Assembly: GCA_965228855.1 (NCBI GenBank)
Contig: CBDDIJ010000003.1
Location: 2,048,001-2,112,000, forward strand
Direction of reading: 5' to 3'
Length of the DNA stretch: 64,000 bases
Source: Candidatus Obscuribacterales bacterium
Lineage (GTDB): Bacteria > Cyanobacteriota > Vampirovibrionia > Obscuribacterales > Obscuribacteraceae
Shown here: in pieces, positions 30,085 through 41,414 of the stretch
Layout: every line of letters starts with the position of its first letter
How positions within the stretch are numbered: the stretch's first letter is position 1
Translations under genes and position numbers: made by a program
The notes under the pieces: model-generated
What the model saw: the letters and a program-made list of their open reading frames with translations, nothing else
Databases searched by the model: none
What the model was told of the DNA's origin: nothing

Positions 30085-33000
30085 TTATTGATACAGCCAG
30101 ACACGAAGCAGCGATTTAAGCTGCTCAACGTCAACCGGTTTGGCGATGTAATCAGAAGCACCAGACTGCATGCACTTCTCGCGGTCACCTTTCATGGCTT
30201 TGGCGGTCAGAGCAATAATCGGCAGGTTGGCGAACTGTTCCATCTCCCGAATGCGGCGGATAGTCTCGTACCCATCCATATCCGGCATCATAACGTCCAT
30301 CAAAACGAGTTCGACACTCGGGTCTTCTTCGAGCATCTTAATCGCTTCCAAACCGCGTTCGGCGTATGAGACCTTCATCTTGTTCGCTTCCAGGATACTC
30401 GTCAGGGCGAAGATATTGCGCACATCATCGTCCACGATAAGCACTTTTCGATCAGTGAGAACACGATCTGACTTTTGCGAAGCCTCAATCATCCGGCGCT
30501 GACTCTCCGGCATTTCCCCCTGGAGACGGTGCAGAAATAGCGCTGTTTCATCCAGCAAGCGGTGCGGAGACTCCGCCTCCTTGACCAGAGTGACGCGACC
30601 CATTTCTTTGACCTCTTGTTGCTCCTCTGCGGTGAAGTCGCGACCGGCGTACACGATAACCGGCAAACGCATAATACCCAGGTCATCTCTGATTCGCCGG
30701 ACAAATTCATGGCCAGGCATATCAGGGAGCGCAGTAGCTACGACCAGACAATCGAAGTGCTCGGATTCGAGCAAATCAAGCGCTTCCTGACCGGTCATGG
30801 CCATTTTGCACTTCACGTCTCCATCGCCCATCAGTTCGACGACAGCTTTTCCTTGTTCTCGATCCGGTTCGATGATAAGCAACTTTTTCGACGATGTGGC
30901 AACGAAGCTCTTCACTTGTTCGAGTGCCTCGTTAATCGAATCTTTGCTCACCGGCTTCTCGAGATATCCAATGACGCCCTGGCGGAAACCGCGCTCCTGC
31001 TCTTGTTCACAAGAGATTACGTTGACCGGGATGTGGCGTGTGGTCGGATCATGTTTCAACCGATCGAGGATCGTCCAGCCGTCCATGTCCGGTAGACGCA
31101 AGTCCAGAGTGATTGCGTCCGGGACGAATCTTCTTGCAAGTGCAAGCGCTGATTCACCGGTGACCGCGACCAGCCCCTTGAACCCTGCTTCACGAACCAT
31201 GTCGAGCAATAAACGCGCAAAGCGTTGATCGTCTTCGATGATTAAGAGAACTCGATCGCCTTCTTCCAAGCTTCCCCGGTCATCAGCGACGACATTTTCG
31301 AGAAGCAGAGCTTTCTCGCTGAGAAGGTCAGGAGCCGGGGCGATTGGCGCTGTTTGACCGGCGGTATAAGCGGCTTCACTGACCTGCGGACGGAGGCGCG
31401 TTTTCTCCGGCTGGTTTTGTGGTTGCACATACGATACCGGCATATACAGCGTGAATGTACTTCCTTCACCAGGCGCGCTCACCACTCTAAGTTCGCCACC
31501 CAACAAATTGGCAATCTCACGGCTGATTGGCAGACCCAATCCTGTTCCGCCGTACTTACGACTGGTACTGCCATCAGCCTGTTGGAAGGCTTCGAAGATA
31601 ATCCGCTGTTTATCCAGTGGGATACCGATGCCACTATCAATCACTGAAAACGCGAGCACCGTATCTGATGCCTTTAAAGTATCCCGCTCCTCACTAAAGC
31701 CCTCACGGACGGTATCAAGAGACAGTGTAACTTTTCCGGTTTCAGTAAACTTGAATGCGTTGGACAACAAATTCTTGAGGACCTGCTGTAAACGCTTCGA
31801 GTCTGTTCGCAAGCTCTTCGGCACGGAGTCCGCGATCTTGATTTCGAATTCGAGTCCTTTCGATTCGGCGACTTGCCTGAAGTTTCGCTCCAGCGACATT
31901 CGCACTTCGTCGAGAGCAACGTCGGTAACGTCGATATTGATGGTCCCCGACTCAATCTTCGATAGGTCGAGAATATCGTTGATCAATTCAAGCAAGTCAG
32001 AACCGGATTCGTGAATTGTGTTGGCAAAGTCGACTTGCTTCGTCGTCAGATTTCCATCCGAATTTTCCGACAGCAGTTTCGACAAGATCAACAGACTATT
32101 GAGTGGAGTTCGAAGTTCGTGCGACATATTGGCGAGAAACTCGGACTTGTATTTAGACGTAAGTGCAAGCTGCTCGGCTTTCTCTTCCAAACTCCGTCTT
32201 GCTTGTTCGATCTCCTGATTCTTACGCTCCACCTCCGCATTCTGCGAAGCGAGTAGTTTTGCTTTTTCTTCCAGTTCTTCGTTGGTATTACGCAACTCTT
32301 CTTGCTGGCGAGTCAACATTTCTTCCGAAGCTTGAAGCGTCTTCGCTTGTTGCTCCAGTCGTCTGTTTGTCTCGGTCAGTTCTTCCTGCTGAACCTGCAG
32401 CTCTTGTGCCAGAGACTGCGATTGCTTGAGCAAGTTCTCCGTTCTCATATTCGCTTCGATGGTATTGAGAACGATACCAATCGATTCCGTCAGCTGGTCT
32501 AGGAAGTTCAAGTGAGTTTCACTGAACATGTTGAAGGAAGCCAATTCGATAATCGCCTTCACTTCACCTTCGAACAGAACCGGCAGTGCGACTATGTTTC
32601 GCGGCGACGATTCACCCAATCCTGAGCCGATCTTGAGGTAATCAGTTGGCACATCCTCAATAACTATCTTCTGTTTCTCAAGAGCGCACTGACCGATCAA
32701 ACCTTCTCGCAATCTAAACTTCTCGGAGAGTTGCTTGCGTCTTTGATACGCATAACTTCCCAACAGTTTCAATATCGGCTCGCCGTCCTCCATCTCATTG
32801 ATGTAGAACACGCCCAGTTGAGCGCGAACCAGTGGCGCCACTTCCGACAAGATCAAGTTTGCGACAGTGAGCAAGTCACGTTGTCCCTGCAGCATACTTG
32901 TGAATTTCGCGAGGTTGGTTTTCAACCAGTCCTGCTCTGTGTTTTTCTGAGTCGTATCTTTGAGGTTGCGGATCATCTCGTTGATGTTGTCTTTGAGCGC

Positions 33001-36000
33001 CGCGACCTCGCCTCTGGCTTCAACGTCGATACTACGGGTGAGGTCACCCTTCGTAACCGCTGTTGCTACCTCGGCGATAGCTCGTACCTGAGTGGTCAGA
33101 TTTGCAGCCAGTCCGTTTACGTTGTCCGTCAAATCTTTCCAGGTTCCCGATGCACCAGGCACGAGTGCCTGTCCTCCGAGAACCCCTTCAACTCCCACCT
33201 CACGTGCCACCGTAGTTACCTGATCCGCGAATGTCGCCAGTGTGTCGATCATCTCGTTGATGATGTCGGCAAGTGCGGCGATTTCGCCTTTGGCTTGCAG
33301 TACCAGCTTCGTATTCAAGTTACCTTGAGCTACCGCGGTAACAACTCCGGCGATTCCTCGTACTTGCTCCGTCAGATTGCCTGCCATGAAGTTTACGTTG
33401 TCGGTCAAGTCTTTCCATGTACCGCCAACGCCCTGCACGACGGCTTGTCCACCGAGCTTTCCTTCCGTACCTACCTCACGGGCAACCCGCGTTACCTCGG
33501 ACGCAAAGGACGAGAGCTGGTCCACCATGGTGTTGATTGTGTTTTTCAACTCCAAGATTTCGCCTTTGACGTCTACCGTGATTTTCTTAGTCAGGTTGCC
33601 GTTTGCAACAGCGGTCGTAACGTCTGCGATGTTACGCACCTGAGCTGTAAGGTTTGATGCCATCGAGTTTACGTTGTCGGTCAAGTCCTTCCATGTTCCG
33701 GAAACACCCTTCACAACAGCCTGACCGCCCAGCTTACCTTCGGTTCCTACCTCACGAGCTACCCGGGTTACTTCAGCTGCGAATGATGACAGCTGATCCA
33801 CCATCGTGTTGATCGTGTTTTTCAACTCCAAGATTTCGCCGCGAACGTCTACCGTAATCTTCTTAGAGAGGTCGCCGTTTGCTACAGCGGTTGTAACTTC
33901 AGCAATGTTTCGCACCTGAGATGTGAGGTTGGACGCCATGTAATTTACGGAGTCCGTCAAATCTTTCCAGGTTCCAGACACACCTTTTACGTCTGCCTGA
34001 CCGCCCAGTCTACCCTCGGTACCTACTTCCCTCGCAACCCGCGTTACCTCAGACGCGAAGGATGAGAGCTGATCCACCATGGTGTTGATTGTGTTTTTCA
34101 ACTCCAAGATTTCGCCCTTAACGTCTACCGTAATCGTCTTAGTCAGGTCGCCGTTGGCGACAGCGGTCGTAACTTCTGCGATGTTTCGCACCTGGGATGT
34201 GAGGTTGGACGCCATATAATTTACGGAGTCCGTCAAATCCTTCCACGTACCGGACACACCACGCACGTCGGCCTGACCGCCCAACTTACCGTCGGTGCCC
34301 ACCTCCCGCGCTACCCGTGTGACCTCATCGGCGAACGATGAGAGCTGGTCCACCATGGTGTTGATTGTGTTTTTCAACTCCAGGATTTCGCCTTTGACGT
34401 CTACCGTGATCTTCTTAGAGAGATCGCCCTTAGCTACAGCAGTCGTAACGTCTGCGATGTTCCGCACTTGGGATGTGAGGTTGGACGCCATCAGATTTAC
34501 CGAGTCCGTCAAACCCTTCCATGTGCCGGCTACACCTTGCACGTCAGCCTGACCGCCAAGCTTCCCTTCCGTACCTACTTCCCGCGCCACCCGCGTTACC
34601 TCCGCCGCAAATGACGAAAGCTGGTCCACCATGACGTTGATTGTGTTTTTGAGTTCTAAGATTTCGCCCTTTACGTCTACCGTGATCTTCTTAGACAGAT
34701 CGCCTCTGGCTACAGCGGTCGTGACGTCTGCGATGTTTCGCACCTGGGAAGTGAGGTTGGACGCCATGTAATTTACGGAGTCCGTCAAATCTTTCCAGGT
34801 ACCGGAGACACCTTTTACGTCTGCCTGACCGCCTAGCTTCCCTTCCGTACCAACTTCCCGCGCAACCCGTGTTACTTCAGACGCGAAGGAGGACAGCTGG
34901 TCCACCATGACGTTGATCGTGTTTTTAAGCTCTAAGATCTCACCCTTAACGTCTACTGTGATCTTCTTAGAAAGATCGCCTTTAGCCACAGCGGTCGTAA
35001 CTTCAGCGATGTTTCGCACCTGAGACGTCAGGTTACCTGCCATGTAATTTACGGAGTCGGTCAAGTCTTTCCACGTTCCGGAAACACCTTGAACGTCCGC
35101 CTGACCGCCTAGTTTCCCTTCCGTGCCTACTTCCCGCGCCACCCGTGTTACTTCAGACGCGAAGGAGGAGAGCTGGTCCACCATTGTGTTGATTGTGTCT
35201 TTCAGCTCGAGGATTTCACCTTTTACGTCTACCGTAATCTTCTTGGACAGGTCGCCTCGGGCTACAGCGGTCGTAACATCCGCGATGTTTCGCACCTGGG
35301 AGGTGAGGTTGGACGCCATGTAATTTACGGAGTCCGTCAGCTCTCGCCACGTTCCTTCAACCCCTTTGACCTGCGCCTGACCGCCCAACTTCCCTTCAGT
35401 ACCTACTTCCCGCGCCACCCGAGTTACTTCGGATGCGAAGGACGAGAGTTGGTCCACCATTGTGTTGATTGTGTTTTTCAGCTCAAGAATTTCACCCTTT
35501 ACGTCTACCGTGATTTTCTTGGTCAAATCGCCATTTGCTACAGCAGTCGTCACGTCTGCGATATTCCGTACCTGAGCCGTCAGGTTGGATGCCATTGAGT
35601 TTACGTTGTCAGTGAGGTCTTTCCAGGTACCCGAGACACCTTTTACCAGCGCCTGTCCACCGAGTTTTCCTTCCGTTCCTACCTCGCGAGCTACCCGAGT
35701 TACCTCTGACGCAAACGACGATAGCTGGTCCACCATGGTATTGATGGTGTTTTTCAACTCCTGAATCTCACCTTTAACGTCCACCGTGATTTTCTTGGAG
35801 AGGTCGCCATTCGCTACCGCAGTCGTCACTTCTGCGATGTTCCGCACCTGTGCCGTCAGGTTGGAAGCCATCGAGTTTACAGAATCCGTCAGGTCCTTCC
35901 ACGTTCCGGACACACCCTTCACCTGTGCCTGACCGCCGAGTTTTCCTTCCGTTCCTACCTCTCGAGCGACCCGCGTAACTTCGGAGGTGAAAGATGACAG

Positions 36001-36459
36001 CTGGTCAACCATGGTGTTGATGGTTTTAGCGGTTCGGAGAAACTCCCCCTTCAGCGGTCCACCTTCGATTTCCAGCGCCATGGTTTGAGTCAGGTCGCCT
36101 TTTGCAACAGCGCCGATAACGCGTGAAACCTCAGTCGTCGGTCGAACCAGGTCGCCGACAAGCTCGTTCACCGAGTCTATACACAGCGCCCAGCCACCAG
36201 TCGCTTCGCCCAGTGACGCTCGCTGCTTGATCTTCCCTTCTTTACCGACGACGGTACCGATGCGGTGCATTTCCTCAGTAAGTCGCTGGTTTAGCTCAAT
36301 GGCTCGGTTAAAGGCTTCGGCGATTTCGCCGTTGATTCCGGTCTCGTCTAACGGCAGACGCACTGTGAAATCGCCCTTGGCCATCAATCGCAGGGCTCGA
36401 AGCAATTGCTTTGAATCGAGCACTTCCCTGCCATTCCCTTGGACTGCGGTAGTGGACAT
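30085..36459 (-). CDS. Cytoplasmic poly-HAMP hybrid histidine kinase (poly-HAMP, GAF, HisKA, HATPase, 3 REC), OsaA/fungal group III (Nik1/Os-1)-like
   Basis: Ten VTRVAREVG plus one VTTVAREVG units at 92-aa spacing; GAF ([13 protein letters not shown] [12 protein letters not shown]); [14 protein letters not shown]; three receiver domains; no TM; AAGGAG RBS. Confidence 0.95.
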   Translation of the reverse strand: MSTTAVQGNGREVLDSKQLLRALRLMAKGDFTVRLPLDETGINGEIAEAFNRAIELNQRLTEEMHRIGTVVGKEGKIKQRASLGEATGGWALCIDSVNELVGDLVRPTTEVSRVIGAVAKGDLTQTMALEIEGGPLKGEFLRTAKTINTMVDQLSSFTSEVTRVAREVGTEGKLGGQAQVKGVSGTWKDLTDSVNSMASNLTAQVRNIAEVTTAVANGDLSKKITVDVKGEIQELKNTINTMVDQLSSFASEVTRVAREVGTEGKLGGQALVKGVSGTWKDLTDNVNSMASNLTAQVRNIADVTTAVANGDLTKKITVDVKGEILELKNTINTMVDQLSSFASEVTRVAREVGTEGKLGGQAQVKGVEGTWRELTDSVNYMASNLTSQVRNIADVTTAVARGDLSKKITVDVKGEILELKDTINTMVDQLSSFASEVTRVAREVGTEGKLGGQADVQGVSGTWKDLTDSVNYMAGNLTSQVRNIAEVTTAVAKGDLSKKITVDVKGEILELKNTINVMVDQLSSFASEVTRVAREVGTEGKLGGQADVKGVSGTWKDLTDSVNYMASNLTSQVRNIADVTTAVARGDLSKKITVDVKGEILELKNTINVMVDQLSSFAAEVTRVAREVGTEGKLGGQADVQGVAGTWKGLTDSVNLMASNLTSQVRNIADVTTAVAKGDLSKKITVDVKGEILELKNTINTMVDQLSSFADEVTRVAREVGTDGKLGGQADVRGVSGTWKDLTDSVNYMASNLTSQVRNIAEVTTAVANGDLTKTITVDVKGEILELKNTINTMVDQLSSFASEVTRVAREVGTEGRLGGQADVKGVSGTWKDLTDSVNYMASNLTSQVRNIAEVTTAVANGDLSKKITVDVRGEILELKNTINTMVDQLSSFAAEVTRVAREVGTEGKLGGQAVVKGVSGTWKDLTDNVNSMASNLTAQVRNIADVTTAVANGNLTKKITVDVKGEILELKNTINTMVDQLSSFASEVTRVAREVGTEGKLGGQAVVQGVGGTWKDLTDNVNFMAGNLTEQVRGIAGVVTAVAQGNLNTKLVLQAKGEIAALADIINEMIDTLATFADQVTTVAREVGVEGVLGGQALVPGASGTWKDLTDNVNGLAANLTTQVRAIAEVATAVTKGDLTRSIDVEARGEVAALKDNINEMIRNLKDTTQKNTEQDWLKTNLAKFTSMLQGQRDLLTVANLILSEVAPLVRAQLGVFYINEMEDGEPILKLLGSYAYQRRKQLSEKFRLREGLIGQCALEKQKIVIEDVPTDYLKIGSGLGESSPRNIVALPVLFEGEVKAIIELASFNMFSETHLNFLDQLTESIGIVLNTIEANMRTENLLKQSQSLAQELQVQQEELTETNRRLEQQAKTLQASEEMLTRQQEELRNTNEELEEKAKLLASQNAEVERKNQEIEQARRSLEEKAEQLALTSKYKSEFLANMSHELRTPLNSLLILSKLLSENSDGNLTTKQVDFANTIHESGSDLLELINDILDLSKIESGTINIDVTDVALDEVRMSLERNFRQVAESKGLEFEIKIADSVPKSLRTDSKRLQQVLKNLLSNAFKFTETGKVTLSLDTVREGFSEERDTLKASDTVLAFSVIDSGIGIPLDKQRIIFEAFQQADGSTSRKYGGTGLGLPISREIANLLGGELRVVSAPGEGSTFTLYMPVSYVQPQNQPEKTRLRPQVSEAAYTAGQTAPIAPAPDLLSEKALLLENVVADDRGSLEEGDRVLLIIEDDQRFARLLLDMVREAGFKGLVAVTGESALALARRFVPDAITLDLRLPDMDGWTILDRLKHDPTTRHIPVNVISCEQEQERGFRQGVIGYLEKPVSKDSINEALEQVKSFVATSSKKLLIIEPDREQGKAVVELMGDGDVKCKMAMTGQEALDLLESEHFDCLVVATALPDMPGHEFVRRIRDDLGIMRLPVIVYAGRDFTAEEQQEVKEMGRVTLVKEAESPHRLLDETALFLHRLQGEMPESQRRMIEASQKSDRVLTDRKVLIVDDDVRNIFALTSILEANKMKVSYAERGLEAIKMLEEDPSVELVLMDVMMPDMDGYETIRRIREMEQFANLPIIALTAKAMKGDREKCMQSGASDYIAKPVDVEQLKSLLRVWLYQ
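32990..36050 (-). repeat. Intragenic 276-bp tandem repeat (about 11 copies) encoding the poly-HAMP array
   Basis: Near-identical 92-aa protein units. The DNA units differ mostly at synonymous positions. Boundaries are approximate. Confidence 0.9.
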
Positions 36460-36932
36460 ATCGTGTGATCTCCTTTGAATGGCTGTGACGCGCCATCTTT
36501 GACCAGATTTCTTGTCAGAACGCAGGTGGACACCAGCGCTCCTTCACTTCGCCTCGCATTGGAGAGCTGCCAGGCTGACGCGCCTAATATCGGATTGGTA
36601 GGCACATACCAATAAGTCTTACCGGCGAAAGCTACCGATAAGAAACGCGACATTAATATAAGTCTCCATATAACAGTCTGCCACAGTGTCCCTAAAAAAT
36701 CACGATTCTCGTCGGAAATGATTCGAACAAATATTCGATGAACTCTGGATTTCCAGCGGTTTAAACGGAAGCAAGGGGAACGCAAACCCCATACCACCGC
36801 ATGGAAACCAGTACGACCGTCGCCATGTGGATACAACAACGTTCGCCGGTCTCAGGGAGGTTGCCCGGAGTAAGTGACAGATAAGATCCAGGCACCAGAT
36901 GCAGTGGCAGTGGTCTGGTATCAGATTCGGTG

Positions 36933-37490
36933 TTAGCGGCTGACCACTGTCTTCAAACGACCATGCTCGGTCAGATACAGCTTCGACTGGTGTTGACCGA
37001 AGGTGGATGGAACCAGCTTCTGTTCCGTGCTGTAAGGGCTGCCGCACGGTGTCATCGCTGGCGGTCCGCTCAACTGTTTGATGTATCTTGCAAACCAACC
37101 ACCGAATTCGGCAGCATGCTCCTGGGCAAAGGTAACCGACGTGCGCACCGCGTGATAGCAGGTGTCGCATGTCTTCTCCATATCGTCCGGGATATCGATT
37201 TCCGGAATGATGTCCGCGGAAATATTATGAGACTTCAGTTGCCCGACCATCTGTTCACGAACGGATACAATGGCGGCTTCCATGCTCTCGCCTCCGCCTG
37301 CATTTTTGGCGCTCTTTCCGGTCGGCTTCGGAGCCGCCATGGCGATTCGTTTTCCGGAATTGTCACGGACAGTTCGGTCCGCAGAACCCGAGTTCTTCGA
37401 GCTTTCAGCCAGAGCGGGTTGAATGATGGCGCCGCAAAACAAGGCTACAGCTGAAGTCGCGAGAAGTTTTGACTGGAAGTGAAGGTTCAT
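36933..37490 (-). CDS. Exported hypothetical protein
   Basis: Signal peptide ending PALA; contains CDTCYH. Confidence 0.75.
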   Translation of the reverse strand: MNLHFQSKLLATSAVALFCGAIIQPALAESSKNSGSADRTVRDNSGKRIAMAAPKPTGKSAKNAGGGESMEAAIVSVREQMVGQLKSHNISADIIPEIDIPDDMEKTCDTCYHAVRTSVTFAQEHAAEFGGWFARYIKQLSGPPAMTPCGSPYSTEQKLVPSTFGQHQSKLYLTEHGRLKTVVSR

Positions 37491-38007
37491 TTCGGTATAT
37501 CCAATGATATCCAGGCGGATTTAGTCCGGAAAATTATCCCACGACCGGCAAGCCTTACAGTGTGAGGTTTCCTAAATCCTTGATAACCTGCACCCGCTTG
37601 CACTCACAGACACGGAGACTAACGTAAAAGCCCCGCTGAACCGGATATTCGTCCTTGCATTCGCCAAACCTTATGGTAGGATCGGGATAACCTGCGGCGC
37701 CATGCAGCGAATTTATGAGGGTTTCCCTAGATGCGTATAGGGAAACTAGCAATGGAGTCGGACAGGCTTTTAGTAAAAACCATGGACGAACAAGCACACA
37801 GTAGTAGCAGCAGCTCGGACGATAATCCCGAAGAACCTCCCCAGGGGCGTTTGCCGGTAATTTCGATTCACACTGCCACGGTAAATTCTCAAGCGTTTTG
37901 TTTGAAGTTCGAGCAAAGCGCATTTTTGAATGCCGTGAATTCGTCTAAAACCGTCAATAGCGGCATAGGAGGGATAAGACGCAGCTAATTCCTGCGTCCC
38001 TACAGTA

Positions 38008-39405
38008 TTGAGTTACGTCTATATTTTGTTCTGGATTTTAATTCTGACCGCCGTAAACGCGTTTTTCGTCGCGGCGGAAATGGCATACGCTCGTGTCCGC
38101 CGTACCCACATCGAAGGTCTTGCCGAAGAGGGCAACGCGATGGCGAAGCGAGGACTCACGTACTTAGAAGATCCCGAAACATTTTTTGCCGGCAGCCAGC
38201 TCGGCATCACAATTGCAATGCTGGTCATAGGTGCAATCGGCGAAAGTGCCTTCGCCCACGACCTCGCGGTCTGGATGGAACAAACGGGCACCAATCTGGG
38301 CTGGCACCATGACGTGATCTTCACCGCCAGAGCGACCTGCTACGTCGTAGTCTTCTTCATCACAGCATTCGTTCAAACAATCTTCGGCGAGTTACTGCCG
38401 AAAGTCTTGACCTTCCAACGCGCTGAATCAATTCTGTTATGGACGATTGGACCGATGCACATCTGGTGCACGGTCACGAAACCATTTTTAGTTGTTATGA
38501 ACGCAACTCAAAAAGCAATCGTTCGTGCAACCAAAATTCCTGAACCTCCAAAACATCAACGAGTATTCTCTGAAGACGAGCTCAAGATGCTGGTTTCAGA
38601 AAGCCAACAGTCCGGTGTACTTGAAGTACAGGAAGAAGAAATGCTTCAGAGCGTCTTCGAATTCGGCGACACTGTTGCATCCGAAATCATGACCCCGCGT
38701 CGTGACATGAGGGCGATCGCCGCGGACAGACCTGTGAAGGACCTGGTCGAACTTGCGCTGAAATACGGGCATTCGAGAATCCCGGTTTTCGAAAAAGATG
38801 TCGACAACATCTTCGGTTTCGTTCATATCCGTGATGGCTTAAGAGCTTATGTTGAAGGCAAAGAGAATGCACTCATTCGAGAACTTGCCCGGCGCATTCT
38901 AATTGTTCCTGAGAATAAACCGCTCCAAGATCTCCTGACCGAATTTAAACGCAGAAAAACTCATGTAGCCGTCGTAATCGACGAGCACGGCGGAACCGAA
39001 GGCATGGTCACTTTCGAGGACCTTCTTGAAGAACTGGTCGGAGATATCGCGGACGAACACGATATTGAAGATGAGATGATCGCACCGATGGATGACGGCT
39101 CTATGATGATCGATGCAAGAATCGATTTGGAAGAGTTCAACGACAAGCTGGGCGTCGAAATCGATGATGAGCAGTTCACCACCCTTGGTGGACACGTCTT
39201 CGGCTGCCTGGGACACGAGCCGCAGGTCGGCGACGAAGTGAATACGGACGAATACACTCTTCGTATCGAAGAAGCCGACCGCCACAGGATCACTAAGTTG
39301 CGTTTCATTCCGAGACTTTGCGAATCGGATGGAAATGAGACGAATGGCACCGAAGCTAATCCAACTTTGAAAGGCGACTCGGTGAGCCACCTGGAGGCAA
39401 GCTAG
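38008..39405 (+). CDS. HlyC/CorC (CNNM/DUF21-CBS pair-CorC) family transporter
   Basis: NAFFVAAEMA, QLGIT, FGELLPK, IMTPR, HSRIPV, VIDEHGGTEGMVTFEDLLEELVGDIADEHD, TLGG. Confidence 0.95.
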   Translation: MSYVYILFWILILTAVNAFFVAAEMAYARVRRTHIEGLAEEGNAMAKRGLTYLEDPETFFAGSQLGITIAMLVIGAIGESAFAHDLAVWMEQTGTNLGWHHDVIFTARATCYVVVFFITAFVQTIFGELLPKVLTFQRAESILLWTIGPMHIWCTVTKPFLVVMNATQKAIVRATKIPEPPKHQRVFSEDELKMLVSESQQSGVLEVQEEEMLQSVFEFGDTVASEIMTPRRDMRAIAADRPVKDLVELALKYGHSRIPVFEKDVDNIFGFVHIRDGLRAYVEGKENALIRELARRILIVPENKPLQDLLTEFKRRKTHVAVVIDEHGGTEGMVTFEDLLEELVGDIADEHDIEDEMIAPMDDGSMMIDARIDLEEFNDKLGVEIDDEQFTTLGGHVFGCLGHEPQVGDEVNTDEYTLRIEEADRHRITKLRFIPRLCESDGNETNGTEANPTLKGDSVSHLEAS

Positions 39406-39406
39406 A

Positions 39407-40270
39407 TTGCCCGTATCGTCGACTCGCGAGGAGCTGTTAGCTCGAGCCCGAAGAGTATTTGCAAAGAAGAAACTAGGTCAAAACTTTTTTGTTGACCCCG
39501 ATCGGCTTGACAAAATTGTCGAGGCTCTCGAGATCACACCTGACGATCATGTCCTGGAAGTCGGCTTCGGTCTTGCCTTTCTGACTGAACGCCTGGCGGC
39601 GAGCGGTGCCGCTCGCTTGACCGGGGTGGAACTGGATCGCGAGTTGATCGAATACTCTCAGAACAAATTCGCAAATCACGTCGAACTGATTCACGGTGAT
39701 TTTCTGGACTTTGATCTCGGACAACTCCAGCCTCCTGTGACCAAGATTATTGGAAACGTTCCCTATCAAATTACCACTCCGATAATTGCACACATTTTCG
39801 GTGAAATCGGTGAGCCTTCATCGTGGTCGCAAAACATCTCAACCGTAGTTATGACTATTCAAATGGAAGTCGCCGAGCGGATTGTTGCGAAACCAGGTTC
39901 CAAAGCCTATTCGCACCTGACGATCTTGAAAGAATGGTTTTTCGATGCAGAAATTCTATTTGATGTTCCTCCGTATTGCTTCTTTCCGGTTCCCGAAGTG
40001 ACATCATCTGTGGTGCGCCTGCGCAAGAAGGAGAAACCACCTGTAGAACCGGCCGACATGGCGCTTTTCAAACAAATCTTGAAAGCCGGCTTTAAGCAAC
40101 GAAGGAAGATGTTAAAAAACAACCTGGCTTTTCTCAAACTCGGCGAGATTCGGATCGGAGAGATTATGCGTTCTGTGAGCGTAAATCCAAACGCGCGAGC
40201 CGAGGACCTTTCAATCATTCAATTCGCAACACTCGCGGACGCCCTGGCGGCGGAACTGAAATCGCACTAG
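39407..40270 (+). CDS. rsmA: 16S rRNA adenine dimethyltransferase RsmA/KsgA
   Basis: KKKLGQNF, VLEVGFG, VELD, GNVPYQITTP, QMEVAER, FKQRRKMLKN, RAEDLS. Confidence 0.95.
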   Translation: MPVSSTREELLARARRVFAKKKLGQNFFVDPDRLDKIVEALEITPDDHVLEVGFGLAFLTERLAASGAARLTGVELDRELIEYSQNKFANHVELIHGDFLDFDLGQLQPPVTKIIGNVPYQITTPIIAHIFGEIGEPSSWSQNISTVVMTIQMEVAERIVAKPGSKAYSHLTILKEWFFDAEILFDVPPYCFFPVPEVTSSVVRLRKKEKPPVEPADMALFKQILKAGFKQRRKMLKNNLAFLKLGEIRIGEIMRSVSVNPNARAEDLSIIQFATLADALAAELKSH

Positions 40271-40282
40271 CCAAGGTTTTGC

Positions 40283-41281
40283 ATGACCAGCATATTAGTA
40301 AAAACTCGTTGCCCCGCAAAAGTAAATCTCACGTTTCAAATCGTCGGTTTGCTTCCCGATGGATACCACGAAGTGAAAACACTCATGCAAGCTGTTTCTC
40401 TGGAGGACGAACTTGCCTTTCAATTCAGCCCTGGAGACGGCAAGGTAACCTTTTCATCTGTCGATTCGAGTTTCGAATCTGGCTTTCCAACCGACGACTC
40501 TAACCTGATCGTCAAAGCGATCAGGAAGTTTCAGCACCAGGTTCCCTCCTCTCGATCCGAAAACATCGACGTAAGAGTAACCAAAAGAATCCCTATTGGA
40601 GCGGGTTTAGCCGGGGGCAGTTCAAACGCGGCAGCCGCTCTCGTAGCATTGAACCACCGCTGCGGTGACACCTTATCACCTGAAGAAGTCACCGCCATTG
40701 GTGCAGCTCTCGGAGCAGATGTGCCATTTTGTCTGATGGGAGGAACAGCTATCGGAGTCAGCAAAGGCGATGTGCTGGCCGCCGTCCATTGCAAGCCGGA
40801 GTTCACACTACTGCTTGCGAAACCTCGGCAACTCTCGATTTCTACCCCGTGGGCGTTCAAAGAGTTTGACAAACTGGTACTGGAGAAACGGGATGAGGCA
40901 AGCACTGTCAGCGATACCACTGAAAAGTGTGCGGCAGCAATTGTCACAGGAACTGCTCCGAGTATCGCACCATATCTGGTGAACGACCTCGAAGAGTCGG
41001 TCTTCCATCACTTTGAAGAATTGAACGAAGTGCGCAGCAAACTCGAGGAATTCGGCGCCCTGCAAGCCCGTCTCACGGGAAGCGGACCAACTCTCTATGG
41101 GCTCTTCGAATCCATTCATGACGCTGAAGAAGCAAAGACCATGCTGGATAAGTTTCAAAACGCGCAAGCTCAGGCGGTTTCTCCAGGGAGCATAAAGAAA
41201 ACCGCGTCGGGGTCAGAGAGCATATATCCACTAGATTCATGGGTTGTACAGTCGGTTCAACTCGGCGCTCGAGTCGTTTAA
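40283..41281 (+). CDS. ispE: 4-diphosphocytidyl-2-C-methyl-D-erythritol kinase IspE
   Basis: PAKVNL, DGYHE, KRIPIGAGLAGGSSNAA, LGADVPF, NDLE, LTGSGPT. Confidence 0.96.
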   Translation: MTSILVKTRCPAKVNLTFQIVGLLPDGYHEVKTLMQAVSLEDELAFQFSPGDGKVTFSSVDSSFESGFPTDDSNLIVKAIRKFQHQVPSSRSENIDVRVTKRIPIGAGLAGGSSNAAAALVALNHRCGDTLSPEEVTAIGAALGADVPFCLMGGTAIGVSKGDVLAAVHCKPEFTLLLAKPRQLSISTPWAFKEFDKLVLEKRDEASTVSDTTEKCAAAIVTGTAPSIAPYLVNDLEESVFHHFEELNEVRSKLEEFGALQARLTGSGPTLYGLFESIHDAEEAKTMLDKFQNAQAQAVSPGSIKKTASGSESIYPLDSWVVQSVQLGARVV

Positions 41282-41414
41282 CAGCATCCCTGCGCTCAGA
41301 ACCTCGTCGGGCTCTGCCTGATTGATTTTCATATAAGAAGCCCGTGTTGCTGCTAAACTGAACAGCGGTTTGCGTGCCTCCGCTTTAGCGGAGATATAGT
41401 TCACTGAGAGTGTT

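Noticed and set aside
32990..36050. Long regular repeats that could be mistaken for a CRISPR array or an assembly artefact
   Set aside because: The 276-bp units are in frame, encode HAMP repeats, differ synonymously and have no unique spacers.
37107..37175. CDTCYH as a c-type heme-binding site in the 36933..37490 protein
   Set aside because: The motif is CxxCxH rather than CxxCH, so it is insufficient to call a cytochrome.
41359..41372. GAAC-N4-GTTT as a LexA box upstream of nth
   Set aside because: It is a single imperfect match, I noticed none upstream of dprA or nurA, and the LexA motif for this lineage is unknown to me.
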